Below, in pieces: positions 37,782 to 47,744 of a stretch of 63,084 bases of DNA. Source of the stretch: a bacterium (GTDB taxonomy: Bacteria; SZUA-182; DTGQ01; JAFGSM01); the NCBI GenBank assembly GCA_049472335.1, contig JBLIRO010000023.1, forward strand, positions 1-63,084, given 5' to 3'. The notes under the pieces were generated by a model. That model did no database searches. It was not told the DNA's origin and saw only the letters and a program-made list of their open reading frames with translations. Every line of letters starts with the position of its first letter. Position 1 is the first letter of the stretch. Position numbers and translations under genes: made by a program.

Positions 37782-40088
37782 ATGGAACAACCACAGAGAT
37801 CAACATTCAGCGTAACCGGTCAAACGCCTTTTTATCCTGTATCATCAGGAAGCGATCCCAAAAAGGAAATTCACCTGCGTGATTATTGGCGAATCATATC
37901 CAAACGACGCTGGACGGTCATAACCCTATCTATTATTATTCTTCTCACAACCACCATAGTCACGCTTCGTAAAACTCCGATTTATATGGCAACAATAAAG
38001 CTTCAGATAGATTCGGAAAACCCTAAAGTGATATCGATAGATGAAGTCATGAATGTTTCCCCCTCTGACAGGGATTATAACCAGACCCAATACAAGCTCC
38101 TTAAGAGCCGCAAATTGGCAAAGGCTGTCATACACGAGCTGAAACTGGATGAAAACCCTGAGTTTGTCTCCGAAGGAGTGGACGGGCAATCATCCTCAAA
38201 TCCCATAAGGATTCTCTCCTCCATCTTTGGAAAAGAAAAAGACCGTTCTAACCCGGAAGAGGAAGATGCCGCAGAGATGTCAAGGCTCATAACCGCTTTC
38301 CTGGAAAGGCTCAAGGTGGAACCGGAAAGAAATACCCGTTTGGTCAATGTCTCTTTCACAGGTGAGGACCCCAGGATAATCACCCGTATCGCCAATACCC
38401 ATGCCCGTCTTTTTATCGAGCAAAACCTCCTTTTGAAAGCCGATGTGAGTTCGGAAGCGTTAGAATGGCTTGACAAGCATCTGGGCCAGCTTAAAAAAAA
38501 GGTTGAGGAATCGGAAGCAGAGCTGCACAGGTATAAGGAGGAAAACAATATCGTATCCCTCGAGGAAAAACAGAATATTATTGTGCAAAGGCTATCAGAT
38601 CTGAACACAGCCGTCACACAGGCAAAAACCGAACGGATCAGGCTTGAAACATTGTATAACCAGATCATCAAATATGCGGGCAAAGAGGCTGTCATAGAGT
38701 CCCTGCCTTCTGTCATAAACAACAAACTCATCCTGGAGCTCAAGGCAAAATACATAACCCTTCAGGCAGAGCATAGAAAGGTTTCACAAAAATTAGGCAA
38801 CAAACATCCCCATATTATAGAAATCTCCTCTGAGATGAAAATCATCCGGGATAAGATAAAGTCGGAAATCAAAAAGATCATAGACAGTATAAAAACAGAA
38901 TATGAAATCGCCCTTGCTCAGGAAGCAGTCCTTAAAGAGGCCCTTGAAGAGCAGAAAAAGGAAGCCATTGAATTAAACCAGAAGGCCATTCGCTATGGGG
39001 TCCTGAAACGTGAGGCAGAAAGCAATGCGCAGGTATTCAACATGGTCCTCAACAGGCTGAAGGAGACTGATCTTACACGAGGATTAAAGGCGAGCAACAT
39101 CCGTGTCATTGATCCCGCGGAAGTCCCCCGGCGCCCCATAAAACCGAGAAAGGGACTCAATATATTCCTGGCGCTCATTGTAGGCCTTATGGGCGGCACA
39201 GCTCTTGCCTTATTCTTCGAATACCTGGATGATACGGTTAAAACCCCTGAAGACTTAAAACGCTACTTCGACATTCCATTCTTAGGTCCCATACCCCATC
39301 ATGACTTTGAGCAATATAAGATCCAAAAATATCCTGAGCTGATCACCCATTTTGACCCTAAAAGCCGTATAAGCGAAGCTTACAAAGGACTCAGGACAAG
39401 CATCCTTTTTTCTTTGCCCAGAGAGGGAGGAAAATCCATCCTGGTTACCAGTGCAGGCCCCAAAGAAGGAAAAAGCCTGACAGTTGCCAATCTTGCAATT
39501 ACTCTGGGTCAGATAGGCAACAAAATTTGCATCCTCGATTGTGATATGAGAAAACCAAGATTGCATAAAATCTTTCGTATCCCTGACGAACCTGGATTAA
39601 GCAGTATACTGGCGGGTCAGGCCACACCCGAACAGGTCATGCAAAACGGTTTTATTCCGGGGATTAAAGTGGTTCCCTGTGGCCGGCGACCGCCCAATCC
39701 CTCAGAGTTGCTTGGCTCTAACCGGATGCAGGTTCTCATTGAAACCCTAAAAAAGGATTACGACTATATCATCATAGACTCTCCTCCCGTGGCGGCAGTC
39801 ACGGATTCAGTATTGCTCGCACGAATAGTGGATGGTGTCTGTATGGTTATAAAAGGCGGGGATACCGGCAGGGAAATAATCTCCCGGGGCATGGATCTTC
39901 TTTTAAACGCGCACGCAAATATCCTTGGCGCAGTAATAAACAATATAGATGTATCCAAAAAGACTTATTATTATTACTATCAGTACTATTATTACAACTA
40001 CTACGGAGATGAATTGAAAGAAAACAGAAAGACCGGATTATTTAAAAGGCGCCGGCGCAGTTCTGAGACTCATACCGTAAGGCCATAA
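37782..40088 (+). CDS. wzc: Polysaccharide co-polymerase / BY-kinase (Wzc)
   Basis: Two TM segments around a coiled coil, SEAYKGLRT, SAGPKEGKS, DCDMRKP, IIDSPP, C-terminal Tyr cluster. Confidence 0.95.
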   Translation: MEQPQRSTFSVTGQTPFYPVSSGSDPKKEIHLRDYWRIISKRRWTVITLSIIILLTTTIVTLRKTPIYMATIKLQIDSENPKVISIDEVMNVSPSDRDYNQTQYKLLKSRKLAKAVIHELKLDENPEFVSEGVDGQSSSNPIRILSSIFGKEKDRSNPEEEDAAEMSRLITAFLERLKVEPERNTRLVNVSFTGEDPRIITRIANTHARLFIEQNLLLKADVSSEALEWLDKHLGQLKKKVEESEAELHRYKEENNIVSLEEKQNIIVQRLSDLNTAVTQAKTERIRLETLYNQIIKYAGKEAVIESLPSVINNKLILELKAKYITLQAEHRKVSQKLGNKHPHIIEISSEMKIIRDKIKSEIKKIIDSIKTEYEIALAQEAVLKEALEEQKKEAIELNQKAIRYGVLKREAESNAQVFNMVLNRLKETDLTRGLKASNIRVIDPAEVPRRPIKPRKGLNIFLALIVGLMGGTALALFFEYLDDTVKTPEDLKRYFDIPFLGPIPHHDFEQYKIQKYPELITHFDPKSRISEAYKGLRTSILFSLPREGGKSILVTSAGPKEGKSLTVANLAITLGQIGNKICILDCDMRKPRLHKIFRIPDEPGLSSILAGQATPEQVMQNGFIPGIKVVPCGRRPPNPSELLGSNRMQVLIETLKKDYDYIIIDSPPVAAVTDSVLLARIVDGVCMVIKGGDTGREIISRGMDLLLNAHANILGAVINNIDVSKKTYYYYYQYYYYNYYGDELKENRKTGLFKRRRRSSETHTVRP

Positions 40089-40381
40089 ACCCAGATCTTG
40101 CAACCTGTTATAATTTTGTGCATATTTTGATAAAATTTATAATTTTTTACACATATTTCGTAATTATTACTTTATTTTCAATTCAACTATTTTCACCAGT
40201 TTCTTCAATAACCATTCTCTTCAATAGGATAACTGTCTGAATATATATTCTTAATTTAAGCACATGCACGCTTTGATTTTTCTATTCATTTTTAAGAACA
40301 ATTTTTGCATATAGTCATTCCAAAATTTGCTATTACAACACAGAAGTCCACATTATATCAATCTGGTTTAAGGGGGGAAAA

Positions 40382-41569
40382 ATGACCAGAAAAACTGTAG
40401 GCTTTAGTGTATTGATTTTTTTAGTAATACTATCCTTTTCTATTGCTACTTTTTGTGCTGCTAATAATGGAAATTTCGACGCGAAATCAAACGAGAATGA
40501 AAAAAATAAAATCTTCACGAGTGAGAGTGATTCTAATCATCCGGTCTGGCCGCAAAAGTCAGTCGGTCCTCAAAGAGAAGAAGATGATGAAACTGATTTT
40601 AAATTTGATATCAGCGAAAAGTCAATCTCCAATATGATTGATAAGCTCTTCACTGTTAATGGTGTAAGAAATATAATAAGCAATGGAGTGCCCGGGGTTC
40701 CGTTTCTGTGGGATTGGTTATCATTATATTTCTCATCGAGTTTGGGTGACGAGCTTGTTGTAGATTTCAAGACTACCGGTATTTGTATTTTTAACAATGA
40801 TGAATGGATCAAAATATTTAACAATGGCGTTGACCCGGTCAGTATTGTTAGCTTTAATAATAAATTGGCTGTAGATTTTGGTCCCGACTATGGTATATTA
40901 ATTTACAATAAAGGAAACTGGAAGAGACTTTATAAGGGTGTCGAAGTAAAGCAAATGGTCGGGCTTATTAATAATCTGGTGGTAGATTTTGGCAACTCCT
41001 TTGGCATCTTTGAATATAACTGCCTGACTGATCAATGGACCAGGATATTTGGGAGTAATAAAATTCCCAGAGATTCCATGGTTAGCCTTGGTGATAAGCT
41101 AGTAGTAGATTTCAAGACTGCTGGTATTTGTATCTATTATGATGGTGTATGGAAGAGTATATATAAAGGGGGTGTTGACCCGGTTAATATGGTCAGCTTT
41201 AATGGTAAACTGGCCGTAGATTTTGGCCTGGAGTATGGTATATTAGTCTATGATTACGAGACTTATACCTGGAGGCGAATTTACAGAGGCGGGGCTGTAG
41301 AAAAGATGACTGCATTTGGTAAATACCTGGCAGTGGATTTCGGCACTGCCTCTGGACTCTATATTTATGATTTTGATAGCAATGCCTGGACACTGCTTTA
41401 TAAGGGGCTTGCGATAGAAAACATGACAGGATTCAACAACAAACTAGCTATAGATTTTGGCCTCAATTATGGCATATATGAATACAATCTTACTACGGAT
41501 ACTTGGAAGAAAATCTTCCATGCCAGTGTTCTTAGGGATGATATGTGTGCATCTGATGTATTTGATTAG
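40382..41569 (+). CDS. Hypothetical secreted beta-propeller-like repeat protein
   Basis: Signal peptide; seven ~37-41 aa repeats L[AV][VI]DF[GK]...G[IL]..Y....W..[IL]. Confidence 0.8.
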   Translation: MTRKTVGFSVLIFLVILSFSIATFCAANNGNFDAKSNENEKNKIFTSESDSNHPVWPQKSVGPQREEDDETDFKFDISEKSISNMIDKLFTVNGVRNIISNGVPGVPFLWDWLSLYFSSSLGDELVVDFKTTGICIFNNDEWIKIFNNGVDPVSIVSFNNKLAVDFGPDYGILIYNKGNWKRLYKGVEVKQMVGLINNLVVDFGNSFGIFEYNCLTDQWTRIFGSNKIPRDSMVSLGDKLVVDFKTAGICIYYDGVWKSIYKGGVDPVNMVSFNGKLAVDFGLEYGILVYDYETYTWRRIYRGGAVEKMTAFGKYLAVDFGTASGLYIYDFDSNAWTLLYKGLAIENMTGFNNKLAIDFGLNYGIYEYNLTTDTWKKIFHASVLRDDMCASDVFD

Positions 41570-41597
41570 TTCCTTATAGTACTTAAGACCTAAGTAT

Positions 41598-41647
41598 TCG
41601 TGACTATTTATCTGTTTGTAATTTTACAAACAGATAAATAGTTACGA
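41598..41647. repeat. Near-perfect 24-bp-arm palindrome with GTGAC...GTTAC ends
   Basis: TCGTGACTATTTATCTGTTTGTAA-TT-TTACAAACAGATAAATAGTTACGA, one mismatch. Confidence 0.85.
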
Positions 41648-42201
41648 CCTCTCCCTGTTAGACTGCAATTCCTTTGGGAAAAAATGCCGATACGCTTCTT
41701 CAATACCTTTTCACTAGCTTGTCAAATATATTGAACAATAAAACATGCTGAAAGGCTTAAACCCGGATTTTGGTAAAAAGTTTTTAATTTATTTTGCCGA
41801 TTTTTTAAATAGTATTGTTTTTATTCAAAGATCTTGATTTTAGGAAAAATACAAAAATTGATTTCAGTATTTTAACAGGTTAATGACAAATGCCCAAGAT
41901 GCTTAATTCCTTTAGTTTTTTTGCCGAGTTATGTCTCTTTGTAAAGTTGGATTCTAAGCAAATACCCTAATTCTAACGCGGAGGTATGATTTCAGGCAAA
42001 TTTTCAGGTATTGAGCAAGTTTAAAATCTTGTGTTTTTGACTTTGTTTTTACTCCAAATCTTTCATAAAGATCTTTGAGTAGAGTTGTCATTCTTGTTTT
42101 ATTCTCAGTGGGTTCACATTTTATCTGCCATAAATGTAATCCACGGTGCAGAGCTATAACCTAAATAAATGTTCACACCTCCTAATGATTAAGGAATTCC
42201 T

Positions 42202-43248
42202 GTGTTAAGTCATCATAATAAAAAGATTGACCGATTGACAATGAACGACTTTGAAAAACAAGAAAGCTGTCCCTGGTGCCGGTCCGGGTGTTATTCGGCA
42301 GCGGCGAATTTGCGGTTCAATACAGCCTATCATAGTCAGCAAACAAGGTTTCTTATGGATTACTTGATTATAAGGAACCGAAAGGTCGTTCGCTGCTCAG
42401 AATGCGGACTTTTTTATAATCTTTTAATCCCCGCGCCAAAGACACTGATAATGATGTCTCACGGAGATAATAAGAAACAAATTAAACAAGAAAAAGACGG
42501 TGTTTGGAGCTTCGGATGTAATCGAAATGCCTCTGATCACGCTCATTTGTTGCAGGTTTTGATTCCCCTCCCCTTTGCTTCCGTTTTAGATGTGGGATGC
42601 TGCGAAGGGCGCTTTTTATCATTACTGCCTCACAATTGGCGACTGTCAGGTTTGGAACCTGATCCAAAAGTGCCCAATTCTATAGCCGGGAAGTTTGATA
42701 TCAGGCAGGATTATATTGAATCCGACAGCCTCCCATGGCCTTCAGATTCATTTGATGCCATTACCATGTTCGATGTGCTTGAACATTGCCGTGATATACA
42801 AAAAGCTCTTTCAAATGTTAATAAACTCCTTAAGCCGAACGGCTGGTTGATGATCGAGACTGGTAACGCCTCTTGCCTGGAGGCAAAGATCACTGGAAGC
42901 TTATGGTGGTACTTTAACCTCTTTGAGCATTTTGTGTTTTTTGATCCCGTATCCACAACACGTATTCTCTCTGATTCAGGGTTTGACATACATACCCTGG
43001 AAGAGGTTTTTCATATCAATCCCAGGTCATTAAATAAGGCAAAGGCCATTAAAAACTATATTATTACTGCATTGGCCTGGATTGCTACCCTTGGCGGGCC
43101 ATATACTCAATTATACAGATTTCTGTCCAATACATTTAATAAATCCGGAAGGCTCCCCAAATTATATGGCAGGAATCACATGTTCGTCCTGGCGCGAAAG
43201 AAATGCGGTTTTTTAAATTCCGGGACCTTTAAGCATCAAAATTTATGA
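42202..43248 (+). CDS. Class I SAM-dependent methyltransferase with Zn-binding CxxC motifs
   Basis: CPWC, CSECG, VLDVGCCEG, FDAITMFDVLEH, LKPNG. Confidence 0.88.
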   Translation: MLSHHNKKIDRLTMNDFEKQESCPWCRSGCYSAAANLRFNTAYHSQQTRFLMDYLIIRNRKVVRCSECGLFYNLLIPAPKTLIMMSHGDNKKQIKQEKDGVWSFGCNRNASDHAHLLQVLIPLPFASVLDVGCCEGRFLSLLPHNWRLSGLEPDPKVPNSIAGKFDIRQDYIESDSLPWPSDSFDAITMFDVLEHCRDIQKALSNVNKLLKPNGWLMIETGNASCLEAKITGSLWWYFNLFEHFVFFDPVSTTRILSDSGFDIHTLEEVFHINPRSLNKAKAIKNYIITALAWIATLGGPYTQLYRFLSNTFNKSGRLPKLYGRNHMFVLARKKCGFLNSGTFKHQNL

Positions 43249-43274
43249 TCAGGCTTTAGGATCGGCAACCGGTT

Positions 43275-44030
43275 TTGCAGAAAACAGCTAAATACATTAA
43301 CCGTTTCATTAAGCGTCCTATAAAGCGCTCCATACAGAAAGTCTTACACATTCCGGATCCCTGGCAGGATATCCAACGTTTGACAGTAAACCGGAAGCCC
43401 GGGATTATAGTCGATGTGGGAGCAAATAAAGGTCAAACAGCCGTCAAGCTGTCTGCGTTGCTGCCTGAATGGAAGATCTATGCCTTCGAGCCTTTTCCCG
43501 AAACGTTTAAAAAGCTTGAAGAGGTGGTTTCATCCCTGCCCAATGTGATACCTTTCAACATTGCTATTTCAAACAAGACAGGAACAGCGGATTTCCATGT
43601 GAATGCCTCAAACGTAACTAATTCCCTTCTGCCAGCCACAAACAGCGGTATGTCATATTTCCCGGAGGAGCTCAATTTACAGGGAATAATTCAGGTGTGT
43701 ACAAAAACCCTGGATGATTGGAGCAAAGAGGCAAACATACATGATATCCGGATTCTTAAAATGGATGTACAGGGTTCTGAATTACTCGTGCTCGAAGGCG
43801 CGACTGAACTGCTTCTGAATAGCGTTCAGCTCGTATTCTCGGAAGTGCAATTTTTACCTATATATGAGGATTCAGCCACCTTTGGCAGAGTGGAAGCCTT
43901 TCTCCTCGATAGAGGATTTTACCTTTATCAGCTCTACGATTTACACTCCGGTCCTGATGGTCAGTTGCTATATGGAGATGCCCTTTTTATTAAAAAAGGG
44001 GACGGTTCTATTTTTTATAGGGTAAATTAG
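43275..44030 (+). CDS. FkbM family methyltransferase
   Basis: VDVGANKGQ, AFEP, LKMDVQGSEL.VLEGA, DALF. Confidence 0.92.
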   Translation: MQKTAKYINRFIKRPIKRSIQKVLHIPDPWQDIQRLTVNRKPGIIVDVGANKGQTAVKLSALLPEWKIYAFEPFPETFKKLEEVVSSLPNVIPFNIAISNKTGTADFHVNASNVTNSLLPATNSGMSYFPEELNLQGIIQVCTKTLDDWSKEANIHDIRILKMDVQGSELLVLEGATELLLNSVQLVFSEVQFLPIYEDSATFGRVEAFLLDRGFYLYQLYDLHSGPDGQLLYGDALFIKKGDGSIFYRVN

Positions 44031-44178
44031 ACAGATGAAAAAAGATATGATGTGCTTTCTTGGATTTGCATATTTTATTATTCCCCCCCCAAAAAATGGT
44101 ATATTTTTATTTATTAATACCTGGCTGGCTCGTGACTTAAGGTGTATTTAAATTTATAAAATAATCAGGAGATAATCC

Positions 44179-44301
44179 ATGAAAGCAAAAGTAACCAAAA
44201 AAGGATTGATCATTCCTAATATATTTTTAATGAAATCGTTACATTTTTTAATTGTAGAAATCAACATAATAAAGCCATTGAAGCAGGAAGTCGCCTTCTA
44301 A
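44179..44301 (+). pseudogene. Short ORF, probable remnant of an AbrB/MazE-like small protein
   Basis: SD AGGAG then MKAKVTKKGLIIP (AbrB-like opening), degenerating after ~13 codons; 40 aa. Confidence 0.35.
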
Positions 44302-44401
44302 GTAGCCCATAAGAAAATCTAATAACCTGATTTGCTTCCCTGAATAATATACAACTTTTCTCGGATTATACTTCAATATATAGTCCAATAGACTAATTGA
44401 T

Positions 44402-45931
44402 ATGAACAAACGTATCTTCAATATTCATGCAGCAAGCCTGCTCAGGAACTCTACTTACAGGATGACCGGTTTTATGATGTCTATCCTGTTTATGCTGCTG
44501 TTTACCCCCTACTTTGTGAAGATATTGGGTCCCGAACAATATGGATTGTGGGCAATAAGTATTTCAGTGCTGGGTTTTGCCGGTATGTTGGACTGGGGGA
44601 TTGGGACAGCGGTAACCAAGTATGTCTCTCATTATCTGAGCCTTGGTAATCCTCAAAAATTGGCCGAATGCATATTGGCATCAACAATTATTTACCTTTT
44701 CCTGGGAACTTGCGGGACCATTTTCTTATGGATTTTTGCACCACAGGTTGTTTCCCGGTTTGCCATGTCACCTGTGCTTGTGCCTATAGGAATTAAGATT
44801 TTGCGTATTACGGCGCTCGGTATTTTGCCAATGTTTTTACGGAATTGCTTTTTAGCCGTTCCTATGGGTTTTCAGAAATATGGATTTTCAACAGCCATAA
44901 CCTTAACCAAAGAATTGGTTGGGATGGGTGGTATGGCCTTCATTTTATGGTTGGGTGGGCGACTTATAGGGGTAGTCTCCTGGATGGTTATAGTGTCAGT
45001 TGGAATTGCCCTTATCACAATAATAATTGGCCTTTCAATGATAAAATCTGCTGATGCATTAATGTTGTCATTCAGGAAGGATGCCTTTGTTGAGATAATA
45101 AGATTTGCCATTTATTCCGGCACCACAGGGGTAGGAAGTCGCATTTTCAACATACTTGATCGGATTATTGTCGGGATATTATTAAACACATCCATGGTAA
45201 CATATTATGTGATTCCTATTTCACTGGCAAACAAGTTGCGAGGCATAATTTCCAATATATCCCATGTCTTTATGCCCAGAGCGAGTTCGCTTCAAGCGAA
45301 GTGCGATTATGACAAGATTCGTTCCTTATTTTTGAAATCTCACAAGTTGATGGCCTATGTATTATTTGGTTTGACCTGTGTTCTTTTTATTGTTTCAAAA
45401 CCACTTTTATTATTGTGGTTAGGCCCCGATTTTGTTTTACACTCATTGACACCCCTTAGAATCCTATTAGTGGCTTATGCCTTTATATCACTTGCTGCGC
45501 CTAGTTTCTACTTTGCCAATGGCCTGGGAATGCCGTGGATTAACGCTTTCAGTTCCGTTCTCGGAGGAATGCTTAGCATTGGTTTTATGTGGTTTATTGG
45601 CAGATACGGACTTGATTATTTTGCCTGGGCAAACTGGGGTTTTATCATTGTTTTGTTGATCCCGGCAGTAATAATGAAAAAGATTGGATTTCGGATTTTT
45701 CATGATTCACTAAACATAATCTCACGCCCACTTGGTGTTTTTATTATTTTGGTCGGGGGTTTTCTATTTTTTGAGGATCATATAAGCCCTTGGTTATGGG
45801 CAGGAATGGCAATAATTATCTATATACTGATAATATTTCATGATTGTCGTCAGATCATTAAGCGATTTTTAAACAAAGCACCATACTTTAAAGATTTATT
45901 CAGATTACAGGGTCAATTGGAGAAACCATGA
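44402..45931 (+). CDS. wzx: Wzx flippase (oligosaccharide flippase family)
   Basis: FTPYFVKILGPEQYG, LDWGIGTAVTKYVS, LDRIIVG, ~12-14 TM segments. Confidence 0.9.
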   Translation: MNKRIFNIHAASLLRNSTYRMTGFMMSILFMLLFTPYFVKILGPEQYGLWAISISVLGFAGMLDWGIGTAVTKYVSHYLSLGNPQKLAECILASTIIYLFLGTCGTIFLWIFAPQVVSRFAMSPVLVPIGIKILRITALGILPMFLRNCFLAVPMGFQKYGFSTAITLTKELVGMGGMAFILWLGGRLIGVVSWMVIVSVGIALITIIIGLSMIKSADALMLSFRKDAFVEIIRFAIYSGTTGVGSRIFNILDRIIVGILLNTSMVTYYVIPISLANKLRGIISNISHVFMPRASSLQAKCDYDKIRSLFLKSHKLMAYVLFGLTCVLFIVSKPLLLLWLGPDFVLHSLTPLRILLVAYAFISLAAPSFYFANGLGMPWINAFSSVLGGMLSIGFMWFIGRYGLDYFAWANWGFIIVLLIPAVIMKKIGFRIFHDSLNIISRPLGVFIILVGGFLFFEDHISPWLWAGMAIIIYILIIFHDCRQIIKRFLNKAPYFKDLFRLQGQLEKP

Positions 45932-45949
45932 AAAAGGACCCAAAATAAT

Positions 45950-46483
45950 ATGAAGCGCTTTGTTTATCTTATTATTTTTATGATTATTAAATTTTTCTAT
46001 ACTACTTTTTTATTTTTTGAAAGATATTATAATCTTTTACGAAATTATTGCTCTGAAGTTGTTTGGAACCTGAAACTTGGCTACCTGGGGGAAAATACAA
46101 AAATTTTACCAAATGTAATAATTCATTTACCCAAAAAAGTGAAAATCGGTAAAAATGTTTCAATTGCAGAGTTCGTTCATAAGTGTGGGGGAGGGGAAAT
46201 AGAGAAAGGTGATTCTACGATTATAGCAGCACATTCTTGTATTACTTCAATGACACACGATACAAATGCCTTTTTTTATGGAGATACTTCAATTAAAAAA
46301 AGTGTCAAAATCGGCAACCGGGTATGGATCGGAACAGGCGCCATAATACTACCGGGTGTTGAGATTGGTGATGGAGCAATTATAGGTGCAGGAAGCGTTG
46401 TAACGAAAAATGTTCCGTCAGATACAATTGTTATTGGTGTTCCGGCTCGTATATTACGAAAAAAAAATCAGTCAACAACTTAA
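45950..46483 (+). CDS. Hexapeptide-repeat acyltransferase
   Basis: [45 protein letters not shown]. Confidence 0.9.
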   Translation: MKRFVYLIIFMIIKFFYTTFLFFERYYNLLRNYCSEVVWNLKLGYLGENTKILPNVIIHLPKKVKIGKNVSIAEFVHKCGGGEIEKGDSTIIAAHSCITSMTHDTNAFFYGDTSIKKSVKIGNRVWIGTGAIILPGVEIGDGAIIGAGSVVTKNVPSDTIVIGVPARILRKKNQSTT

Positions 46484-46517
46484 GTTGCCAGCATATCTTC
46501 CCTTCATTTTTTAAATT

Positions 46518-47738
46518 ATGCATACCAGTGAAAAGACAATGAAGAAGTTAGTTCTGTTTGATACCGTTACTACCGGACATCATGTCAGCTATGCAGAATT
46601 CATCATTCGCTACCTTGAAAAAAACACGACTATGCAATGGGATTTTGTCACTGATACATGCTCGCCTTACTTGAGGAAGCTCTTGTTGCTTTTCCCTCGC
46701 TCTATTTTGGATTGGCGCTCTATCGGTCGACATCCGATTATAAATAGGATTTATTTTTCAAGAAGGATTTCCAGGATTTTTCAGATCATGAATTGTATTG
46801 ACTACTCTATAGCCTCTCAGGCTAATCTCATCCATTTCTTATCAATAGACCATATGGAGATTCCATTATTTCTTAACTTATTAATCTGCCACTGCAAGTT
46901 GCAGGGCATATCATGCAAGATCATTTGTACGGTGCATAAAGAAAAGCCTAAAAGATCAAGGCTTGGACGCAATGTTGCCAGGCGCATGCTGCGGTATATG
47001 GCAGCAAGAGGCTGGATTGATATTGTGTTTGTGCATGTCTCTGCGGCTGCAAAAGATTTACGTGCCAAAGGTGTAATTATATCACAAATACCTTATCCAA
47101 TCGATAATGAGATTATGAAGTCGGCTTTACCCTTTTCCAAAAAAGAATTATGCGATCGTTTGGGGATGCCGATCACAAATAAACCGATCTGTCTTCTCTT
47201 TGGTTCCATAAGACCAATCAAGGGTGTGACTTATCTCCTCCAGGCACTGGAGCATATCAAAATCCCTTGCTTAATACTGATTGCCGGTAAATTGTCCCCT
47301 TCTCTGGGGATTGATTTACTCGAAAGATCCAGGGCATTCCAATCAGAAAATGTAGAATTGAGGGTTGTGACTGAATATATAACCAATGAGGACATTCCCC
47401 TGTATTATGCCCTTGCTGATCTTATTCTTATGCCTTACACCCATGATTCCCCTGGAGCCGGCGGACCTTTATTGCTCGCTTCCGCAGCACGGAAACCTGT
47501 GATCGCTTCTGATTTGGGTGAATTGGGACGTAAAGTCAGGGCCTATAACCTTGGAATACTTTGTGAACCCGAATCGGTTTCAGCATTAGCCAATAGTTTG
47601 AATAAAGCACTTTCACAGATTGAGATGCTAAAAAACAATATCTTAGAGGGGGCTGAAAGGTGTGCGAACAGGCATTCATGGCATAATATGGCAAGACAGG
47701 TCTACCAAAGCTATGAACTTATTATTCAATCCATTTAA
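46518..47738 (+). CDS. Glycosyltransferase family 4
   Basis: FGSIRPIKGV, ADLILMPY, KPVIASDLG. Confidence 0.88.
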   Translation: MHTSEKTMKKLVLFDTVTTGHHVSYAEFIIRYLEKNTTMQWDFVTDTCSPYLRKLLLLFPRSILDWRSIGRHPIINRIYFSRRISRIFQIMNCIDYSIASQANLIHFLSIDHMEIPLFLNLLICHCKLQGISCKIICTVHKEKPKRSRLGRNVARRMLRYMAARGWIDIVFVHVSAAAKDLRAKGVIISQIPYPIDNEIMKSALPFSKKELCDRLGMPITNKPICLLFGSIRPIKGVTYLLQALEHIKIPCLILIAGKLSPSLGIDLLERSRAFQSENVELRVVTEYITNEDIPLYYALADLILMPYTHDSPGAGGPLLLASAARKPVIASDLGELGRKVRAYNLGILCEPESVSALANSLNKALSQIEMLKNNILEGAERCANRHSWHNMARQVYQSYELIIQSI

Positions 47739-47744
47739 AATTTT

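Noticed and set aside
40294..40309. sigma54 promoter before the VDFG-repeat gene (AAGAACAATTTTTGCA)
   Set aside because: Has AG rather than the invariant GG at -24
46170..46215. Acyltransferase as a pseudogene (HKCG and EKG where hydrophobic residues are expected)
   Set aside because: Frame intact; substitutions could be divergence or base-call errors and cannot be judged without reads
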